This document shows positions 59,166 to 64,000 of a stretch of DNA of 64,000 nt, one piece after another. The translations under genes and the position numbers were made by a program. How positions within the stretch are numbered: position 1 is the stretch's first letter; each line of letters begins with the position of its first letter. Below the pieces are notes generated by a model. That model had not been told where the DNA came from. It saw only the letters and a program-made list of their open reading frames with translations, and did no database searches. The stretch comes from Candidatus Altimarinota bacterium (GTDB lineage: Bacteria; Patescibacteriota; Gracilibacteria; CAIRYL01), in the NCBI GenBank assembly GCA_965250085.1, contig OZ252287.1, forward strand, positions 544,001 through 608,000, written 5' to 3'.

Positions 59166-60655
59166 AACAGGATTCTTCATTCTTAGATTGCCTGAGGAGG
59201 CGGTACAGAAGCGAGAATTGAGCGGTTCGAAGTTCAGAATCTGGGTGATACGGAATAGGCGGGGTGAAGACGAGTTTCTGGATGATCTGGCGGCGGATCA
59301 GATCGCTGTTTTTCCAGGTCTATACGGGGTTTTGCAGAATATTTCTTCCACTGGTGAGCAGTGGTTCAAGAGAGTATGCGACCTCATCGTTTTCAGAGTG
59401 GGTGAGCCGATCGAGTTCGGCTTGCAGGGTTTCGATCCGTTTCTCATAGATTCGTCGGACAGCAGGCGTTGAGGCGTTCTCCAGTGCTTCCAGGCACGTA
59501 TCTCTTTTCTTCTGGATTGCTCCTTTTTCTTCTTGCTGAGCGGTTCGGTTGATGTCCCGCAAGGTCTGTTTGTTCTGGAAGGCATCGGTCAGGACGGTTT
59601 CGAGGAGTTTTACAGAGCCTGCAGAAGGCACGGCGTCGTGCAGACGCTCGAGAAACTGGTCCTCCATCTTCTCTTTCCGTAGATTGAAGCATCCGGGATT
59701 CGGGCACCCGTAGTAGGCGTATCGTTTGCTTCTTCCCTTGGCCCAATAGGAAGAGACCTGTCGATCACATCGAGTGCACCGCAGGAATCCTCGCAAGGGA
59801 AATTCTTCTCGTTTCTTGAGACACCTCACTCCCTTCGTTTTCTTCCGGTGATCGAGTCTGCTGAGAATCCTTCGATGGGTTTCTTCGCTAATAAGAGCCT
59901 TATGAATTCCCTTCACCCGCAGATTCCATTTGGTGCAGACACACCAGCCGGAATAGATCTCATTGCTGAGCAATCGACGTACGGTTTCTGCCGGGAATGA
60001 CCGGTGTGTTGATGAGTGCCGTAAGCACCCTTGTTGTTGGAGAAAGCATCCGACACTTCGCTGCGTGGGGAGTTTCTCCAGAAGCATACTTCTCCAGCGC
60101 GTCACGAAGCGCATCGCTTGTTGGAGGATCTGGAACAAGAATCTTCTGTCCTTGTTTCTTCCCATACCGATATCCGAGTGGAGGACCGAAGACCCAGTAC
60201 CCGGCCATGAAGCGTGCCTTCATCCGACGAATAACTTGCCGTCTGTTCTGTTTGCGTTCGAGTTCAGCCGTAGCCGCAATGACCGTTTCTACAAACGCCC
60301 CTTCTGGAGAATCATCAAACCGGAACGTCGGGCAAAGGGGATAGGCGTTTCTTGCAGCCAGTTCTTGCCGCAGTTTTAGGTGAAACACCGTGTCGCGGGC
60401 AAATCTCTTAATGTCATCAAAGATAACGGCATATTTCTTCTCTTCCTGTTCTTCGAGGAATGCAAGGAGCTGACAGATCCCCGGCCGTTTCCAGAAATCA
60501 CCTCCTCCGGAAGCATCATCGGTAAAAACACGAGCAACCGTAAACCCTTGTTCTCGAGCGTATTGCCGGCAAGTCGCTTCCTGGGAACTGAGCCCATGTC
60601 CTTCACGAACTTGTTTCTGGCTGGAGACCCGGCAGTAGAGCACGGCGCATGGCAT
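59095..60655 (-). pseudogene. Large serine recombinase, disrupted
   Basis: 'YCRVSS' catalytic motif, +1 frame break near 60073-60075, in-frame TAG at 59320-59322. The frame then continues 'TWKNSDLIRRQIIQKLVF...LVEHMGFEP' through the tRNA antisense. Confidence 0.8.
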
Positions 60656-60712
60656 CAATGAGGAGGAAACAGGAAGACAAAAAAGAGAGATCGGGAAGGA
60701 ACAGATGTACCG

Positions 60713-60919
60713 TCACTGTAATCCTCCTCTCTCCTGCAGATCAAGCAGATCGTTGGCAAGAGCGTACAGGGCTTCCAGCATCTGCTGGATATCGTCATCG
60801 GAGAGAAGATCCGCTTCTGCGCCGAGAATCTGCCGTGCTTCGGAGACCGTTACTGCCATCAATGGATCGAGAAAGAGGGAAGAGGAAGAGAAAGCGTCTC
60901 TTCCATTCTCCGATGACAC
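60713..60919 (-). CDS. Small hypothetical protein upstream of the recombinase
   Basis: 'VTVSEARQILG...LSDDDIQQM' short helical ORF. True start may be internal. Confidence 0.5.
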   Translation of the reverse strand: MSSENGRDAFSSSSLFLDPLMAVTVSEARQILGAEADLLSDDDIQQMLEALYALANDLLDLQERGGLQ

Positions 60920-61264
60920 GGCATCGTGTCCAGGTTCTCAGTTGCCGATCGTGAAGCCGGAGCGCCGGATTTTCTTCCTTCAAGAAACGAACTGGTTCAG
61001 TTCTTGACAGCACGGATTAGGCAGCATGGCCGCCGGTGTGCGTGTGTGTGCCTCAAATTTTCAGGGAAATTTTGAGGGGTGCAAGATTGCAATTGGGCAT
61101 CCGAGCACAGCTCTGCCCAATTGCAGCATCAGCCCCGCACGGCCGGGCTGCCTCCGGTGTGTGGTGCGAGGGATGGGAGCCGTGAATGGACGATAAGAAA
61201 GGGCGACCAGAAGGTCGCTCTTTCTTGTTTTACGCCCTGCCACTTCGGAGCTCACCTTTGTTTG

Positions 61265-62794
61265 CTAGTCAATCACCTCCATTCGGAATTCACATCGGGT
61301 CGTGCCGCCCTCGCTTTCATTGACGACTCCATTCTTGATACCTTCGGTGAAACTCGGAATACAAGTTGCTAGGCCAAAGGGCCCTTCGGGGGTCGGGGGA
61401 TGTGTCACGATCCGCTGGTCGCAATCGTGTACCCAGGGAATGAGATCGGGCCAGAACTCCAAGTTCTCACCGTCCATCCATATCCGAATCTCTCTTCCTA
61501 ACGCAACCGTCCCAGTGAATTCGTTACTGCTGCAGTCGGCACTTCCGATTAATTGCCAGTCGCCAAGTTCATTCCGTTGCTGAATCGTAACCCGATCCAT
61601 ACTCGGGGTTGGGGCGTAGTAGATGCTCACATTGTCGATTCGGAAGGTTGTGGGATTGGCTCCGTCAGAAGTACCTTCGAACCATAGTCGCGCTGGATGA
61701 CCCGCGACATGTTCTACCCTGAATCCGTGGCTGACGTATTCTTCTGACCTATCGCCGTTGTCGAAGGTCTCATCCCACCACGTCATGGAATTACTCAGAT
61801 CCGTGATTGATACAGAGAAGATGTCTCTTCTCGGCTCTGGCTGAACGTCTGGCTCCTCTGATTCCACCTGGAGCCAAAATCGCAACAGGGCCGAGTCTGC
61901 ATCGGCGGGAATCGTGAACGACTGCGAGATAGAACCCACAGCTCCGTCCTTGGGCGATCCCGATGCATCCACGCCAACTGCGGCATATCCGGGACTAGTC
62001 CGAAACAACTGCAGGTTCGTTCCGGCCCAGGCATCCCCTACCACGTCCCACTCCGCATCGCCCTCCGTAAAGCTGCCGTTCAGAATTACGTCGTCGAGCC
62101 CAACGGGCGCAGAAGGAACCGGTGGGCATTCGGTAAAGAGATGATTCGCCCCGCAGGTACCGCCATTTTCGGGAGGGTACTCAGAACGCTTTTTCCTTGC
62201 CGAGGAATCTCTCGTTATGTCGTAAGGATCCACCCCTAGTCCTGCCCCGTATCTTCCTCGAAACACTTCCCAATGGAGGTGAATACATTCTTGCTCCGGA
62301 GGCTCGGACTCACAGCTGTCATAGCCCGTGTTTAATGCGTTTGCGAGGTGGTCACCTCGTTTCACTCGAATTCCCGAAGTGAATGGGTCGTTGCTCTTGC
62401 GATATGCCTCCGGGTACCGAAGATATGCTTCGTTCGACTCTAGATGGGCGAAGAGCGAAATGAAATGGTTTCCACTAGCATCAGTCTGATCATGCTTGAG
62501 CAACAAAATATTTCCGTAACCTTTATTTCCAGTGCCTTCCTTATCTCGAATGACCAGACCCGATGCCGGAGCCCTGACCGAAAAAGACAACCACTGGTTG
62601 GCGTTTGAATACTGCCCAAGATAATAGTCGAACGGGAATTCCCCATATCCCCGGTGCGGACCCCAGGAACCATCGTATTGTGTGCCAGCACTCATCCTCA
62701 CATCAGGATCTGCCCATGGGAGAGTGAGGAACTGCTGCGCTACCGTCTCCTGACCTATTAAAAGTGAAATACAAGCGATTAATTGGTGCTTCAT
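61265..62794 (-). CDS. Secreted M23-family peptidase with carbohydrate-binding-like domain
   Basis: Signal peptide, H...D, GYGN, FAHL, IHLHWEV, then 'VILNGSFTEG..EW' CBM-like domain. Confidence 0.75.
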   Translation of the reverse strand: MKHQLIACISLLIGQETVAQQFLTLPWADPDVRMSAGTQYDGSWGPHRGYGEFPFDYYLGQYSNANQWLSFSVRAPASGLVIRDKEGTGNKGYGNILLLKHDQTDASGNHFISLFAHLESNEAYLRYPEAYRKSNDPFTSGIRVKRGDHLANALNTGYDSCESEPPEQECIHLHWEVFRGRYGAGLGVDPYDITRDSSARKKRSEYPPENGGTCGANHLFTECPPVPSAPVGLDDVILNGSFTEGDAEWDVVGDAWAGTNLQLFRTSPGYAAVGVDASGSPKDGAVGSISQSFTIPADADSALLRFWLQVESEEPDVQPEPRRDIFSVSITDLSNSMTWWDETFDNGDRSEEYVSHGFRVEHVAGHPARLWFEGTSDGANPTTFRIDNVSIYYAPTPSMDRVTIQQRNELGDWQLIGSADCSSNEFTGTVALGREIRIWMDGENLEFWPDLIPWVHDCDQRIVTHPPTPEGPFGLATCIPSFTEGIKNGVVNESEGGTTRCEFRMEVID

Positions 62795-62821
62795 TCAGAC
62801 ACCTCCTTCGGATTTACAAAT

Positions 62822-63610
62822 TTAGTGGAAAGAAAGGCTGTCAATGATGCGCGCGAAGTCAGCGGATTCCATAGTTGTGATATGAGCGGTGACTTCGAGA
62901 AAGAGGGTGCGGTCAGAGTTGAGAAAGAGTCGATGCGCCCCTGTCATAGTGTCAGCGCGAACAAGCAAAGATCCGTCGGCAAACATCTGATCGGAGTCTA
63001 TGTAGTCGTAGCGGCTCACACTTATTGCCCTGAGAGCTTCTTCGCGACTAGAGTCAGGGTAAGGGTTTGCCTCTATCTCGAAGTCTGCATACACCCCCCA
63101 AGGATCTGTACCGCCAACTGTGACTTGATTCTCCCCAGGGGTAGCTCCTTGAAGTAGCTCAGGTGGGAGCCAGAATTCCAGATCGCCAAACTCGACGCGC
63201 CCCCAGTCCGGAATGAGATCTATTGTGATCGGCACCGGTCCCGAATGCGTCCTGCCCTTCTTTCCCGGAAGGTACTCGCGGACATGAAACGTGAAGTCGA
63301 GGGACGCGTGAGGATCATCCTCAGGTATGAGGAAGTTGATCTCGTACGTAATGCTGTCTCCCTTCATAGCCTCGGTCGGACCGTTGGGCTCGATATGGGT
63401 GATGTAGGGCTGACCCTCCGAGCTGACCCACGGATGAGTAAGACCAAGATCTCGTGTGGCCGTGCATGTAATCGTTTCGGTCATCTCCTGACCGAGAACC
63501 GGCTCTAGTTCCAACTTCCTCGGCTCACATTCCATGGCCGGCTTTGCGCTCAGCACTCCTGAGAACAGGGTGAGGATGAGTCCGCTGGCGACAATTGCGA
63601 GTTTTGTCAT
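62822..63610 (-). CDS. Secreted hypothetical protein
   Basis: Signal peptide MTKLAIVASGLILTLFSGVLSA, co-oriented upstream of the peptidase. Confidence 0.65.
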   Translation of the reverse strand: MTKLAIVASGLILTLFSGVLSAKPAMECEPRKLELEPVLGQEMTETITCTATRDLGLTHPWVSSEGQPYITHIEPNGPTEAMKGDSITYEINFLIPEDDPHASLDFTFHVREYLPGKKGRTHSGPVPITIDLIPDWGRVEFGDLEFWLPPELLQGATPGENQVTVGGTDPWGVYADFEIEANPYPDSSREEALRAISVSRYDYIDSDQMFADGSLLVRADTMTGAHRLFLNSDRTLFLEVTAHITTMESADFARIIDSLSFH

Positions 63611-63757
63611 GTTGTGTCTCCAAGAAAACAGGTCTGGAATTGGTTGCTTTGCGGCATCGGTTATCTCCGTAGATGGCATCGTAGGATACAATGCGGTGAA
63701 TTGTCAATGCAATGGCGAAACAGATTTGCATCATGGCGGTAGGATAAACTCCGCCAT

Positions 63758-64000
63758 ATGAGTGATGAGCACACAGACACAGACCAAGAGCCGGTCGAAG
63801 AGTTGTTCCCGGAACTCAGTGAAAAGGAGCTGCAGCTATTGGCGCTTCTTCTGTTTGATGATCTTTCGCAGGCAGAGTTGGCAAGGCGACTGGAAGCTGC
63901 TGGTCAGACCGGCGATGATCCAAGAGGGGTCAGCCAAGCCACCGTGTCTCGCATGGTCTCCAAGCTGGTGGATCGGTTTGGTCTCCAGAAGCGCTGGACA
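63758..64000 (+). CDS. HTH DNA-binding protein (partial, runs off the window)
   Basis: Manual translation MSDEHT...LSEKELQLL...LSQAELARRL...VSQATVSRMVSKL, open to the window end. Confidence 0.65.
   Translation, partial: MSDEHTDTDQEPVEELFPELSEKELQLLALLLFDDLSQAELARRLEAAGQTGDDPRGVSQATVSRMVSKLVDRFGLQKRWT

Larger units (their letters stand above)
59166..64000. mobile_element. GC-rich island integrated at tRNA-Ala (continues past the window)
   Basis: Abrupt rise in GC content after the tRNA, adjacent serine recombinase. Confidence 0.8.

Noticed and set aside
59320-59322. Amber recoding in the tRNA-Ala island
   Set aside because: Only one in-frame TAG, in a gene that also has a frameshift. Other island genes end normally at TAG. 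Pseudogenisation is simpler.
1-64000. Genetic code 25 (UGA=Gly) as in Gracilibacteria/SR1
   Set aside because: Conserved genes are full-length in code 11, gatB and smpB end in TGA, and RF2 is present.
1-64000. CRISPR array, or additional VR copies of the DGR
   Set aside because: No regularly spaced repeats and no third copy of the TR core (CCACGCCACGCCC) seen by eye. A computational search could still find diverged copies.

Overview
Chromosomal segment of an AT-rich bacterium whose gene content and style suggest the Candidate Phyla Radiation/Patescibacteria, probably Peregrinibacteria-like. This is an inference. RF2 is present and TGA acts as a stop, so standard code 11 applies. The housekeeping backbone includes gatB, prfB, mraY, smpB, dnaX, rpmE, fumC, guaB, pilT, rlmH, dnaJ, nrnA, carB, RNase P RNA and four tRNAs. 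The main accessory feature is a complete diversity-generating retroelement (DGR) at 23.3-25.8 kb. It has an RT, an Avd, a 108-bp template repeat, and a 108-bp variable repeat at the 3' end of a DUF4256-like gene. All 18 TR/VR mismatches fall at template adenines. Its layout is unusual: avd is on the opposite strand, sits between TR and RT, and overlaps both. Three tRNA-anchored islands are also present. The tRNA-Tyr island carries a large serine recombinase split exactly at a G_GGA_AAT -1 slippery site, a TerS-like gene, a HEPN-like gene and a candidate structured RNA. The tRNA-Leu island is a remnant. The tRNA-Ala island is GC-rich and runs off the window end. Other features are two IS30 copies (one frameshifted), one IS1595-family element, a long RSH with a degenerate synthetase domain near a stand-alone synthetase-like gene, and several palindromic intergenic elements. 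All calls come from manual motif reading; no database searches were run.
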